Source: Octopus bimaculoides
Lineage: Eukaryota
Direction of reading: 5' to 3'
Length of the DNA stretch: 64,000 bases
Assembly (NCBI RefSeq): GCF_001194135.2
Contig: NC_068985.1
Location: 6,746,609-6,810,608, forward strand
Every line of letters begins with the position of its first letter. The first letter of the stretch is position 1. Of this stretch, positions 35,736 to 49,882 are shown one piece after another. The translations under genes were made by a program, and so were the position numbers. Under the pieces are notes generated by a model that saw only the letters and a list, made by a program, of their open reading frames with translations, did no database searches and was not told where the DNA came from.

Positions 35736-36205
35736 ATTTACATCGACTCCATAGTTGCACTAACACTTTTTTTATCGATCGCCTAAAAGATGAACGGTAA
35801 AGTCAACCTCAGCAGATTTTGAATTCAGAAGGTAAAAATGGACGAAATGAAACTAATCATTTTCTCCGGCGTGTTAACAATTTTGCCAGCTGGCTGCATT
35901 GTCTGCACAATTAATATAGTCAGATAATTGACTAATAAGAAATTTTCCGAGTGTTAATGACTGGGATTTTTCCTATACTGGACAGCTCTCTGTATTATTA
36001 AAATGGCTATTAATGTTCTTTTAGTTTATCGCTGCCAATACTTGATTAATTTATGACGGCACACCGGCAGAATCATTAGGAATCTGGGTAAAATTCTCAG
36101 CGGTATTTCATCCGAGGTTGAGGTAGCTTTTTATCCTTCTGGGTCGATTTAATCAAGTTGTCACCTCTCCAAACCTGCAGCCTTGTGCCAAAATTTAAAC
36201 CCAAC
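35736..36205. mobile_element. Two degraded SINE family B copies (about 35736-35900 minus; 36055-36205 plus)
   Basis: TTACATCGACTCC...GGTAAAGTCAACCTCAGCAGATTTTGAATTCAGAA...TTTGCCAGCT and CCGGCAGAATCATTAG...GCCTTGTGCCAAAATTTAAACC. Confidence 0.7.
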
Positions 36206-37743
36206 ATTTGATTCGTTAAAGTCGTGATTCACAGGTAATTCAAAATATTTCCCAACGCTATGATGCATTAATCCATCATTACAGTAAGTAAAACAAAATG
36301 CAAAATACGATACAGCAAAACAGAGTGTGCCTCCCCCCCCTCTCTCTCTCTCCTTCTACCCATCACCTCTTCGTTACTCTGCTTGTTTCTTTCTTTCTCT
36401 TCTTTCTCCGTGTTTCCCACCTTCACACTCTATCTATCTATATATTTATGTGCGTGTGTATGTATACGTGTGTGTGTGTGTGTGTTGCTGTGAATCATTG
36501 AGATTATTAATTATGGGAGCAGCTAGTAATATTGCACATATCTTCCCCATAAATAAATAACGATTAAACTCGATTCATGGAATCCATGCCCAAGCTACGT
36601 GACACAAACTATCGATGGAAGCTTTCCACTAACATCATTAGCTTTCTAACATTTTCTGTTTCATATCCTTTCTCTTCTTTCTCCCCTCCCTCCAGCTCTC
36701 TCTACGTACATATTCTGATTCTGGGAAGCTCTCACTACATGTTTTGATTATAACATAATGCATTATATCTTGGTATCGTCATATCATCACTGCTCACAAT
36801 ATCTCAAATGAGTCTCACTATTTCTTTGTGTTCGTCCTTGAAAGTTCACCGGCTTCGAGAGTAAGTAGCAGTTTAGCAGTGTCTTAAATCCCAGTCATCT
36901 ACAGCCTGCAATAGTTTACGGTATCTTCAAATGAAATATTTCTGTGTTAAATCAAGCCATCGAGTAAGGTTTCGTTTTCGCTCGCTCCAAAATACGGCTT
37001 ATTTAATATTTTTACGACTGAGATTTCCTTTTTATGTCGCTCAAATTTTTTCCCTTTGACTTACCAACAACAATAAATCTAGTAAAAGCTCTCATAGTCA
37101 CTTGGTGCACTTAGTTCAAGTTGGCAACAGCACCATGCAACACTATGCTATGTACTGCCTATATCTACGCTACTCAATTACACGTTGTGTACCATCAGAT
37201 TCCAAGTACTTGCCATGTGACATCACACTAAATAAACAGATAATTTAATGTTTCTTTATCCAGAAATGCTATGGTTTTCGTTGTCTCCCAGTCCTGTATT
37301 ATCAGAACATTGAAAGAAGATGGGCTGTCGAATAAATACATTAAAATATCTAAGGTGTTGAGGCGCAATTGCTTCTTATCGTTAAGGTGCAGAGAGAACT
37401 TATAGTCATCTGTATCGCCAAATGCTGTGAAGATCGTGGGCCCTAATAATAGAATACCTCGGTAGTAGGAGAGGACATCCTTTGGTCTCAGAATATTTCC
37501 TTCTTTAAGTTTTCAAAAAGATAGACAAAAAACAAGTGGTCTTTGTTTCACTAATAGTCATTCAGGAAACAGCTATTTACTCTTCACCCACACGGCACAT
37601 ATGTATATACATAAGCACAATTTGTTGAGATACTCGACGCAGCTGATAAACTGGGAAATGGTGTACGAAATTTAAATATATTCTCTGAATTTCAAATAAT
37701 GTTCTCTAATATTTAGCAAACCGGATATCATTCAAAATTCCTC

Positions 37744-37863
<120 letters not shown>

Positions 37864-38189
37864 CGACACTGATGACTTTCAGCTAAACGTCCACATTGAA
37901 TTTATGTTCTTTTACACTCTGAGTTCGACAAAGATCACGATTACCTTTGCTCGTTATTCTCATAGCATTCATATGTAAATGTAAGAGTTAAAACCTGGGC
38001 GTGAGTTACTCAATTCTGTGGTCGATACTAAAACCACTTTTACGAACTTTAATACTTGCAAATATCTCACTGGAGGATAAATGAAACTACATCAACGTAA
38101 TTCCCCTCTCTCGCTTATATATATAAATGCGGACGTAGTAGATAACAACTAGCATTCGGCCGCGCTTTTAGACCCTGTTGTGTCCACTA

Positions 38190-38355
38190 CTCTGATTGGT
38201 TGGTATTGGCGCAACTTGTCTGTTGCACTAATGCGCGCCAATATGCAACCCAACCAATCGAAGCCTTCTGATAAGGTCACGTGAAACAGTCTCTTCTAAA
38301 CCTCCAGTGAGCCGACTGCACCCTATAAAAATTTAACATCACATCGAGTCGAGGT
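38190..38355 (+). promoter_or_regulatory. Candidate RNA Pol II promoter
   Basis: ATTGG at 38195 and 38205, CCAAT at 38238 and 38254; TTGGCGC/GCGCGCCAA E2F-like sites; GGTCACGTGA E-box at 38275-38284; TATAAAAA at 38324-38331; locally CpG-rich and repeat-free. Motif-level evidence only. Confidence 0.5.
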
Positions 38356-38568
38356 TTTTTGGTTCCAGACCTTTTAAGGTTTAGCCACTGACCACACAGG
38401 ACAGAGCCAGTTCCAGTGACAACACAACAGCAGCCACATGCAGATTCATCAACTTCGTCCAGCAGCATTCAGGATCTCCATTTCTGTGGCCATCATTCGT
38501 CGTAACATTAACATCATCTCTCTACGTACACAGCAACAAGCAACGCTCGCACAGATTCCAACACAACA

Positions 38569-38742
38569 ATGTTTGTGAATCACTTCACAATGGTTAACAG
38601 CAAATGCAACCTGCGAGAACTCCCGTACCAAGTGACCGACAGCAGCATCGTAGCCACAGCGTCTTTACGACATGTACCTCAACCGGTTCTGCATTACTGC
38701 CACAACTTCTTGATACAACATTTCAACTATCCTGTACCTTGA
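38569..38742 (+). CDS. Hypothetical 57-aa small ORF (MFVNHFTMVNSKCNLRELPY...FNYPVP)
   Basis: ATG in ACAACAATG context (A at -3), downstream of the TATA box and upstream of AATAAA at 38923. Overlapped by a 46-aa upstream ORF at 38438-38578. No recognised homology. Confidence 0.2.
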   Translation: MFVNHFTMVNSKCNLRELPYQVTDSSIVATASLRHVPQPVLHYCHNFLIQHFNYPVP

Positions 38743-41380
38743 CTATGAACTGGTATTTATCATCCTTGTGTCTGAACATTCTTTTAACGTCATATTATAA
38801 ACTCTTTCAATGCTCTGTACTTATCGCACACGCATACATCCATGTTTGTACACACACTGTTTGTTCTCATAACGGCCTGTCTATTATTATGTATATATTA
38901 CCCACACACATGATAATATATAAATAAAATCTTCTCTTAAACATTCTACCCGGTTGTGTCTCTCTTTTCCTTCTGGCACATATACGCATTTATTCTTTTC
39001 ATATTTATTGTATCGACCGTGTGATGTGCAAAGAAGCCATTCTCGTCACCTCACTTCGCATAGTTGTTTACAAGTTTATTGGTTTATAAAATCGTACAAA
39101 TATTCAGTTACTATTTATTAAAGGTTGGTGATATTTTGTGAGGTATTAATTTAGTGGGTTAATTTTATAAAATACAGTTCGTCAGATATTTCTTAATTAA
39201 AGCATATATTATGAAGTAAGTTCGGTGAGATATTAGCTTGTTAGATCGTATTTATATATTACTTTTGTTAGAAGCTTCTTTCAAATACCTCTTCAATAGA
39301 GTTGAAATTTAGATCATAATTTACATGCGAAAACTCTGATTAAATGGAGGTAAGTGATACAAATAATGAACGGATAGTTAATTAAATCTACCTACGACAA
39401 AGGAAATTCCTATTGAAAAGATTGCCCGAAGAAGCTGTTTATGAGAATAAGTATTTTCAGGGTGAGGATAATTTTAGAAGATTTACTTTCATAGGTAATC
39501 TTCGACAAAATAAATTGTGCGTTTAATTTAGAGAAATGTTAATAAATTTCAGTTGGTTTCATTTTCATAAATATTGCGATTATCTGATATTACCTAATGA
39601 AGAAATATATTGCGGTTATTGTGACAGAAATATTTCCGCTTGGTGCATATTTCTGCCACAAAAATTAAAATAATTACACACCATTGAGCTTTACACAAAA
39701 TATTTCAAAGTCTGTTCAATATGACAAACACTTGTTTCTTATGTATTTGCTTGACTTACATAAAACCCATTTAATATAGTCAAATGAGTCTTAATAAAAG
39801 ACGACTCGGCAACACTTATAAAATTACGTTTGTTCAGTTTTGCTGGTCTCTGTATAGCACTTGACTACCATGGACTATTGTTTCGGTTATATCTTCGATT
39901 CATTGTATGGAATCTGCTTTAAAATGTCCTCTTTTAAGTAGATATGCTGTCTTCAGCCTCTAGTTAAACATATACTCATACAACTCGATTACAAATTAAA
40001 TTCATTTGCCATAATAAAATACTATAAAGTTTTTCAGTACAATGAGTTGTACATTATGCATTAATCATATTCTAATATGCAAGATATTACTATCCCACGT
40101 GTACATCTTCTTTCAAAACCAAATATTAAAATCTATAATAAAAAAAAAGTACCATTGTTAATAATTTCTCGTTAGATGAATGGGTTCTGGACGTAAAAAC
40201 ATTAACTTGTGTGAGATACATTTCATAGTTCAATAATTTAATTCGATGTAACTTAAATTGGATACATAACTAGCAGGAAACAATAGTCCCGAAGAGACAT
40301 CCGCGTATTATACATTTTACCGTCTACTTAAGAACAAATGCGAGAGCAGAAGTGCGTAAATTATATATTATTTATGGAAATGCATCGTTATATCTATTTA
40401 TCTCTTTCTCTCTATCCGTTCCGCACCGCATTTTTGTGTGTGTGCGTATGCGCGCGCGTAAGTGTGCGTGTGTTCGTGTGTGTGTGAGGGTATGTGTATT
40501 TGATGTAATTATAAACAAGACAAACAGTGCAAGAAAATATGTTTATTACATCAGTTTACAATTGTTTCATCTGAATTCAATTCCATGAATCCGAGAAAAG
40601 AGTGTTATGAACTCATGCCTTGTGAAGTACTTCGGTACTTTTTGTTCACGTATGTAGGGGTATGTTAGTGTGTGTGTTTGTGTGTGCGTGTGAATGCGTG
40701 TGTATTTGTGTGTGTGTCTGTTTGTATGCCTGTGTGTATATGTCTGTGCGAATACGTCTGTATGGATATATACTGGTAGAGCACGCGGAACTGAGACTAT
40801 AAAAGAGCAGAAACAACAACAACGATAGCTCTCTTTAATCAATTCTATATATTTCTGCACCCATATTTAGATCTGCGACCCAGGGAAGACTCCATTTAAA
40901 GTTTCATATACATTCTGTTCGTTTTTATTTTTTCCATTGCTTTTCTTGACAGGAATTTTCTCTAAAGCTCGTCTTTGTTATCTTATTAAATATCTAATTT
41001 TTATGAATTACAAAGTAACACCTTTCGTTTACTTAAATAACTACCTTATTCCAGATATGTTTATAAGTTTACATGTTGTAGATTGGCTGCTGTTTCAGTA
41101 CCTAAATTGTCAATAGCTCTATTTTACATACTATTCTGTTATTATCACTTCAATTCCTGTACCTTAGCAATAGAAAAGGCTGTGAATGAAAACGGCCCCA
41201 TATCGTATCCTTCAAAATGCATATCTGGTGAAGAAGAATTGATCAGATCAATGGTCTAAGTTTGTAATCAAGTTTATATTAACCGTTTTACATTACCATG
41301 TGACGTGCTTACGCCATCATACAAAAACGTTACGCACTCACAAAAACTAAAACAAGCGTAACATGTGTTGGTGCGTGCCC

Positions 41381-41448
<68 letters not shown>

Positions 41449-42129
41449 CCTAGAAACACAAGAATTTACACAAAGGAAGACATACTGTGATTGTTAAATA
41501 GACAGAAATATAGATTAATTGACATGTACACAGGCATAAGATGTTCGGGATAATTTTGAGGATCTTTTTTTATGTCTCAGTTCTTTTAGCAACAGCTTCA
41601 TATATTGCTAAACGGTCGTCAGTGAGAGCAGAAATATTAAAACATTAGAAACAGTTTACTGACATGGAGGATTAGAATATTGGAAATTGTATTAAATTTG
41701 CCATGATGGTTCACTCTGGATATCAACATAATTGCGTCATCTCTTTTGCTTAATGTACTGGGAACATTGTAAAAGCTGTATGACGTGGTATGGAGAGCTG
41801 CAGTAGAGACTACACAGCAATGGCCAGCAAGAGGAGACGCATCAACCGTCCTGACTAAGTCCGCATTCCGGCGTTCTTTCCCACAGCTTTGAACATGTAC
41901 TTAGGCTTATATCAAATGTCTATGTGACACAGCTGGAGATTCTGTTCAATTTCTTGCTAGAGAGCGCTGTTGTTGGGTGACCATATGCGATACCGTACGA
42001 TTCGCCACCTTATGAAACTTCCGGAAAGAGTCAGAAGCGATTGCCAGAGAATTTCCATGGCTTCACCAGCCTTAATGTCTGGCTTCTTAATTTCCCCCGT
42101 TTTCTCCCCATAACGCCAATATTAAGAAA

Positions 42130-42570
42130 AAGTATACTTCATAAACAACTCTACATCCCCAATAAATTGATTTCAATAAAATACAAAAAGGACAATTCAC
42201 TGTTCTATCGTCCTTTAATAGATACAGCACCGTACAAAACTTCAGAAATACTTCCACCCCAACCACAATACCAGAAACGATTAAGCAAATCCACTGCAAA
42301 AATATTATTTTCCAGAAATAAAAACTTGAGAAAATTGTCACGAATTACAATCACGTAAACCTTTCTGAAAGAAACAACTAAAATCTCAAGTATAACAACA
42401 GGAATTACAACTTTAGAAACGCTCCATCTTGCTTTCTATAAGAAAGCTATTGCATAATTAATACTCTCTGAAACACAGCTATAACCACGAACACTACATC
42501 ACTTACTACACGCACACATACCATATGACACCTCAGAATCCAAATACATATGGACCTTAAAACCGACTTG
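42130..42570 (+). mobile_element. Penelope-like GIY-YIG region remnant
   Basis: KHSYNH (about 42470-42488) and SKYIWTLK (42539-42562) resemble the K.R.YNH...T.LSK.IW.LK motif of PLE endonucleases; heavily frameshifted. Confidence 0.5.
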
Positions 42571-43439
42571 AGGCTATGGGATGATACGGTGTATAGTGTT
42601 GCTGCCTTATTGAGTGCTTTTTCCTTGCCTCATAAAGAAGTGACATATATTGTTCCCTAGGCTTTTCATTGTGCTTTTCATTGCCTATATAGGTTTGACT
42701 TAGAGTAATATATAAGACATATATACCCAACCAAAAATACACACGCACTTTTCAGTAGTAGTAGAAGTAGCAGTAACAGCAGCAGCAACAGTAGTGGCTG
42801 TGATGATAGCAGTGGTGGTAGTGGTCGTGGGGGGTGACTGACGGTGGTGACGGTGGTGGTGGTAGTAGTTGCAGTTATACGGTGGTTTGCTAACTGCTGT
42901 TATACGGTTTGTAATATTTCTACACAAATGATTTTAGCGAGAAATTTACGACTAATAATGTATTGTAGTAAAATTGTACCTTCACATAGGAACTTTATTC
43001 ACTTACAAACTGTTCAAAAGATCGGATTAACACTTTTTTGTGCTAGAAGACCAACAGATGCAACATACAACTTACATTTATACATACATAAATACATGCG
43101 CACACATACACACAGTCATAGATACAAACATACATCCAAGCATGCATGTATGATTACATATATATATACATACATACAAGCATGCATATATACATACATA
43201 CACACATACATACATGAACACAGGTTTCCTGGACCTACGATAGATGTATTATATCCCACCTAGATGATTATACCTTCGCTAATCAGGATTAAACATAAGC
43301 ATGAAGAACAAAATTAACACTAAACCTTCATGTTGTGATAAAAAAAAAATGTTGACTTTGCTATAACTATGTGGAAGTTATCAAAAACATCATCAGGATC
43401 CTACCTGAAATGTGTACGAGATACAACCGCCATCCATCT

Positions 43440-43672
43440 ATCCATACATACCTACATACATACATACATACATACATACATACATACATACATACATACA
43501 TACATGCATACATACATATATGCAAAATACATACATACATACATATATAAATAGAAACACACACGCATATACGTACATACATACATACATATATACAAAC
43601 ATACATGCATACATACGTACACACATGCATGCATACATACATACATACATACATACATACATACATACATAC
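43440..43672. repeat. (TACA)n microsatellite array
   Basis: Direct inspection; explains the MYVC/IHTY ORFs. Confidence 0.97.
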
Positions 43673-45300
43673 AAAAATACCCTGTTATTGATGTTGAAAT
43701 TCCAATGAACGAGTCTTCTAATTTTAGTCAGAATTCGAGGTTCCTGTAAAAAATACATGCGCAGTGTATTGCATCATGGTCTAGAACTTAGCGCAACTTT
43801 GGTAGAAACGACAGCATGTATCAATAATCTATTTATACACCCTTCGTTTCCTACTTACATCTTTTATCGATTACGTAAAACTTTCCATAATTTTATTTTC
43901 AATTGTATAATAATGTAAGACTACAAAAGAAGAAATTATCAAATAGAAAATGTACATTTGTTACCTGACTAAATCCTCTATACTCTAGTCGTTTTAGTCG
44001 CTTAAGCTTCATTTGATGTTTCTGTTTTCATACATTTCTAATAAAATTTTCCTTCGATTAATTCGTATACTGTTAGGATACCCCGCTGAGGCGATACTTC
44101 AAGCAAACTAGCATTTTAAACGGAGTGTTCTCAGGAGCGTGTCTGAAGTTTAGTTTCAACATAACATGTCTTATTTATCACAGGAAACATAATTGAATAG
44201 CCATTTAAAACTGCTTAATGACACATCGTGTGTAAAGATACCGGAATCAAATTCCAATTGACGTGAATCACATCAATGCATCTATTTAATTCAATGGTAC
44301 AAGAGTTTAGAGTTCCGGATAAAATTTTCGGAAATTGCCTCTTCAATATAATGAACATTTTATTACATTGTGAATGGATGCAACGCTTGTGTTTAATGGA
44401 TAGGTACTGAATACGTACAAGTGAATTTGTGATGTAAAGAAACTATGCCTTTGTTATATAGATTTCTACATTCATCCAACATCAATTACCAAATGAAGAA
44501 AACGAAATGTAATATAATTGAAGCGACTTGTGTCTAACAAAACAAAATACGTGACAATAGGTTTAATAAAAGTATTTGATATAAAGGCGATGTCAAAGAT
44601 TGAGCTCTGTTTTCAGTTCGTGTCAAAAATCATACGATTAACAATAAAGGAAATTATCGGACATTTTATGAAGAACTTTCCAAAACTGTCCTTTACAACA
44701 AATATAGCAATGCAAACGCACTTCTAAGACATATAAAGTGACAAGAGCAGAAGAATGATTTATCGTTCGCATTCCTATCTCTTGTTCTCCCTCTCTCTCT
44801 CTCTCTTGTGAAATGAGATAATGTGTATATCCATGAAAAACAGATATGTCTCTGATAATTAAAAGTCCAGATATTAATAATTCAATGAAACGTCAGCACA
44901 TTCTATCTTTGCAGCAGATCTGGGTGGGAAAAGCTTTGCATGCATATATACACAATCATTAGCAGCGTTCCTCAAGAGAAATCTATGCGCAGAGTAAAAA
45001 GCAAGAAAGCATAAATTTCCCAAATAAACCATAATTTGCTTGTTTTAAACAACTGCTTCCACAAGATTAAACAACATTAATTCTATAATTACGTAATTTT
45101 TCTAAAACCATAAAAATCCGAAATCATCAGAAATAATACAAGTTTTACTAGCCACAATCTGTTTACATAAAAATAATACGAAGTGGCTCATGTGTGTGTG
45201 TGTGTGTGTGTGTGTGCGTACACATGTATACATATTAAACATGTATGTGTATATGCATGCATATATATACATATAAAAATATATATAATTATATATATTT

Positions 45301-45496
45301 ATAGGCGCAGGAGTGGGTGTGTCGTAAGTAGCTTGCTTACCAACCACATGGTCCTGGGTTCAGTCCCACTGCGTGGCAACATGAGCAAGTGTCTTCTACT
45401 ATAGCCTCGGGCCGACCAAAGCCTTTTGAGTGGATTTGGTAGACGGCAACTGAAAGAAGCCCGTCGTATATATGTATATATATATATATACACATG

Positions 45497-45535
<39 letters not shown>

Positions 45536-45760
45536 ATGTGTGTGTGTGTGTGTGTGTATGTTTGTATGTCTGTGATTGTCCTCCCAACATCGCTTGACAA
45601 CAGATGCTGGCGTGTTTACGTCCCCGTAACTTAGTGGTTTGGCCAAAGAGAGCGATAGAATAAGTACTAGGCTTACAAAGAATAAGTCCTAGGGTCGATG
45701 TGCTCGACTAAAGGCGGTGCTCCAGCATGGCTCCAGTCAAATGACTGAAACGAGTAAAAG
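45301..45760 (+). mobile_element. SINE family A, best-preserved full copy
   Basis: TAGGCGCAGGAGTGGG head, B-box-like GGTTCAGTCCC, 5' half ending GAAAGAAGCCCGTCG, central (TA)n(TG)n, 3' half ending CAGTCAAATGACTGAAACGAGTAAAAG. Confidence 0.95.
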
Positions 45761-45974
45761 CGTATGTGTCATGAAAGCTGAAAACGCTCATTCAATAACT
45801 AGTATGGACGTAGAATTGCAATAGCAATTATAAATGCAGTAATACAACAACAGGGTCCCAAGAAGCAGTTAATACAACCGGAGTTTAACGATACATGTGA
45901 TTGTAGGGAAAACTCTGTGATGAGCGTATGTGTTGAGTTTTCTTTCTTCTTACCAATATTATACTAAAGCATAA

Positions 45975-46780
45975 AGGAACGAGCTGGTAAAATCTTTGTC
46001 ATTCGATCCAAGGGCTTAGTGGCATTTCATCTGTGTTTGCGTTTTGAGTTCAAGCAACCGGCCTTTCATCCTTTTGTGGTCGAAAACATAGATACAAGTA
46101 GAGGGCTGGAGTCACTCTCCTCCGAAATTGCTTGCTTTGTTCCATAATTGAAACGAATATCATATTCTAACATCAAGGCTGTGAGCTGTCAGAATCGTTA
46201 GCACGCCGCCGCGCAATGTGCTTAACGTCAATTCGGTCGTGCTCAAGTTCTGAGGTCGACGTTACCAATTATCCGTTTCGATAATGTAAGAAGTACCAGT
46301 TGAGCATTGGGGTAGATCTAATTGACTGACCATTTTCTCGTAAATTGCTGGGCTTTCGCCAAAATGTTTAATCCATACTATGCTTAAAAATAAAGCGGTG
46401 AGCTAGCAGAATTGTTAGTACGCCGGATAAAATTCTTAGTGGTATGTCGTCCGTATTTATGTTCTGAGTTCAAATTCTGCCGATGTCGACTTTGCCTTTT
46501 ATTCTGTCGTGTCGACGCCCCCAGGTGAAGAAGTAGGATTTCCCAAGACATAAAAATAGAGGTAGTCTGGCCGTGGTAGGAGTGTTGAGTAGCAGTCGAG
46601 TAGCAGTTGTGTAGCGGTTGAGTAGAGATCATCCGAACGTGCTAGATATCAGTAGCGTTGAAACATAACATATTCTTTCCCTGTGGATGAAATAAGTACC
46701 AGTCTAATACTAGAGTCGATGTAATCGCCTGACCCTCTTCCCTGAACTTGCTGGCCTCGTGCCACAATCTGGAACCGATA
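45975..46780 (+). mobile_element. Cluster of four degraded SINE family B fragments, same orientation
   Basis: Head or core motifs at about 45980, 46170 (GAGCTGTCAGAATCGTTAGCACGCC), 46395 (GGTGAGCTAGCAGAATTGTTAG...GTTCAAATTCTGCC) and 46680 (AATAAGTACCAGT...GCTGGCCTCGTGCC). Confidence 0.8.
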
Positions 46781-47139
46781 TCATATTCCAACATTTCGTT
46801 TCGTATAAACGAAATCACGCTTTCCGCGAAGTAAAAGTATCTGAGAATGGCAACATATGGTCAAAATTAGAAATGAGATTGTGATCGAAATATATGTATT
46901 TAATGAAGATTAGTTGTAGACGACATTAAGTATCTAAAATGTATATAAAAATTAGCTAATAATAGTTAAACATGTCAATAAAGTTGAATATCACTAAAAA
47001 TTAATGAACTATTTGTAATTCATTGAATATAACGTCAATCACATAACACATCATTATTAATTGTATGTCTATATGTTAAATTATCAATAACACGCTATGT
47101 ATAGCGGTTAAACCAGTGTCTTTTAAATGATTACTGTAA

Positions 47140-47325
47140 TTAAGAGAACTTATAACATTTAAAAGTAATTTTTGATTTATTTATTTGTCTACATTGAAAT
47201 ACTTTCTCTTTAGTTATCAATTTCTTATGTAAATTGGATCGATAAATCTTGCGACATTCCGCTAAAGCCGAGGTGCAGTCTATAGGTTTGTCTTCCCACT
47301 TACAATATGTTACCGTACTCTTCAA
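47140..47325 (-). mobile_element. Possible LINE (L2/CR1-group-like) C-terminal remnant
   Basis: ALAECRKIYRSNLHKKL...EKVFQC loosely resembles the L..FR.S.H.L...R.C tail of these LINEs; weak. Confidence 0.25.
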
Positions 47326-48091
47326 CCGGTGATGACTAATGTGGAATTCAATGCCACTATAGAGACAGTATGTGATCTCTCCAGCATTTAAGAATATCTG
47401 ATTGTTTTACTAAAAACCACTGCAAAGGACGCTAGCTGGATTAGGACGAACCAATATGATTATTGTACTTCTAAAATAATTTTTTTAAGGACGCATTCTA
47501 TCACAGTCTTTGCGTCATTGAGGCTATGGAACTTGTAGCTCTTTCTGTGAGTGTGTATTTCTTTAAGTTTTTTTCCATCTTCAGCAGGGTGTCTAATACC
47601 TTTTAAGGATTTTTGTAGTAGTGTCCCCGGATGTTGTAATATTTATCTCGGTATTTAAGGATTGTTAGTTTGTGATGACAACAACTGTGAATTCTGAGAC
47701 TTGGGGCCACAGATATGGTTCTTCTTATCACCGTTTGTTTATTTAGAGATTTTAGTAATTTCTTGTTGCTTATGTGAAATACTCACACATCCTGTTATTT
47801 TACACAATGTGGGGTTACATTTTTACAGTGAATATATGATACCCACCATAACTCTCAGTACATTCTTGTATATTTTTCCTTCATGCCCTGACTCATATAT
47901 TTGCTGTTAATTTCGTGAAGTTTGATATGACGCCGAATTTGTCTACTGCGTACTTGCCACATCAATTATGGAGAAGGCATAGAAGTTTGTTGTTACATTT
48001 ACATAATTTAGGAAATTTAGGGACAATAGTACTACCAGTGTTATTGAATAATGGCAGAGAATTATAATATATATGTGTGCGTTTGTGTACA

Positions 48092-48134
<43 letters not shown>

Positions 48135-49184
48135 ATCTTTGAGTGTAAGTGTGAATATTTGTGTACCTATTATATTTAATTTGGATAGTAGAAAAGTTGT
48201 AAACAGTTTCATGGTTTTCTGCTGTCTTATGTCTCACCTCTTTGTATTTCAGTTAACAGACAAATTATAGGTTTTCTTCTAATGACCTTGAAGGTTAATC
48301 CAGTAACATAACATGACTGCGATTCTTCTACGTATTCAACACCAACAGTAGACATCTACTGATATACACAAGTCTTTTCTCTACATCAATTTTAATGTCA
48401 AATGCCGTGTGATTATTAAAATGGAAAGAAATTTCCAGTGTGAAACCAATAATGTTAATCGAGTTAGCCATTTGTTGTATTGCTTATTCTTACATGTTAA
48501 TCAAACTATTTAATTTTATTTTTAATCCGTCTCTCTCTATGTACCAAATTATTCATGTATTACATTCGTAAAGAAGGAAACACACACAAAGCCCACTTAT
48601 TCACCACAATCACATATACATACACGCATATATATATATACATACANNNNNNNNNNGAAATTAGGAAATTAGGAAAAAACATGCCAAAAAAACTACAACA
48701 AGAAACACATAAATCTAAGTACATCTGTATCGGTATCAATAGTAAACCTACAATAACTAAATTATATGCCAAATAGCAACCAATCTTTAAGTCCATACGA
48801 ATAATAATCTCACCAGTCTTCCATAGTTAATACTATAATAAAAGAAACGATTAAATATAATTTAACGAATAATATAATAATTATGAGTGAAATATATTAT
48901 TTCAAAATTCAAAAGTAAATAATAATGATAATAAAAACAATAAATATTCTTAAAATATACTACTCTTACAAGCTATAATGTAAACTTACCAGTAATTAAC
49001 AGGAACATTAAATTTATTAAATGAGAACTAATAAAAGTATGCTTGTAATTAGCTATTATTATAAAACTTTGCTACGATTAAAGCTAAATGAAAACTGTTC
49101 AAAAGATAATAAAACTATGAAGTATTAACACTTTTTTCAAACACCATAGTTCCATCACTCCTAGAACTTAAAATATTATTCTAA

Positions 49185-49799
49185 CTATATTTCAAGTTTC
49201 CCACCTAAACAGTGATTAAAAGCTTTAACCAATATACCATATCTATACTCTTGTTTTATGAAATGTCTCAACAGTAAATTTATTCTATACAAAAATTTAT
49301 TAGCATTATTTATAATGGTACAATATCTGACAATTTGCCCTGCAAAAACCCCATAACCAATAAAAGAAGGAATTCTACTACTAAACCATGGCATTGAAGC
49401 CACTTAGAGACCAAAATCTTCTGTTTTAATATAAATGTCAGTACATATTTCACTATTATCTTTAATTAATAAATTTACATCTAAATAATTAATATTCCTT
49501 ATATTGTTAGCATTTCTCGTGGCTATAAGCTCATTAGGGCATATCTTCCTGAATGAAAATTCAAAGAAACCTTAATTGGGTATAAAAATATCATCCATAT
49601 ATCTGCAGCATCCATTAAGCTGTTTAAGTAAATCAATCTTTTACCTCGCAAATAGATCTTTAAGAAAAAGGAACTCACATGAAGAAAGATAGAGGTCAGC
49701 CGACAGAGGGCTACAATTGCAATCTATTGAAATTCCCCTAATCTGTTCAAATACCCTACCCGCAAACATAACAAATGATTTATTACTAATAAGGCTAAT
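49185..49799 (-). pseudogene. Penelope-like reverse transcriptase fragment (core to thumb)
   Basis: One continuous frame: FVMFAGRVFEQIRGISIDCNCSPLSADLYLSSCE...RYMDDIFIPN (YMDD at 49590-49601)...CPNEL...INYLDVNL...TDIYIKTEDF...PWFSSRIPSFIGYGVFAGQIVRY...FIKQEY. Three in-frame TAA stops and no frameshift. Confidence 0.9.
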
Positions 49800-49850
49800 C
49801 ATTTTTCTTTTTCATCTTTCTTTTACTGATATTAGTATATCCCTTTTAAA

Positions 49851-49882
<32 letters not shown>

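Noticed and set aside
40435-40500. Alternating TG/CG tract with Z-DNA potential
   Set aside because: An ordinary degenerate (TG)n microsatellite, typical of this window.
45301-45380. tRNA genes at SINE heads
   Set aside because: They have A/B-box-like motifs only, with no complete cloverleaf or acceptor stem, and they continue into SINE body sequence.
49185-49799. Stop-codon reassignment or readthrough suggested by three TAA-only stops in the PLE RT
   Set aside because: TAA is the commonest mutational stop in AT-rich DNA, and three events are too few to infer recoding.
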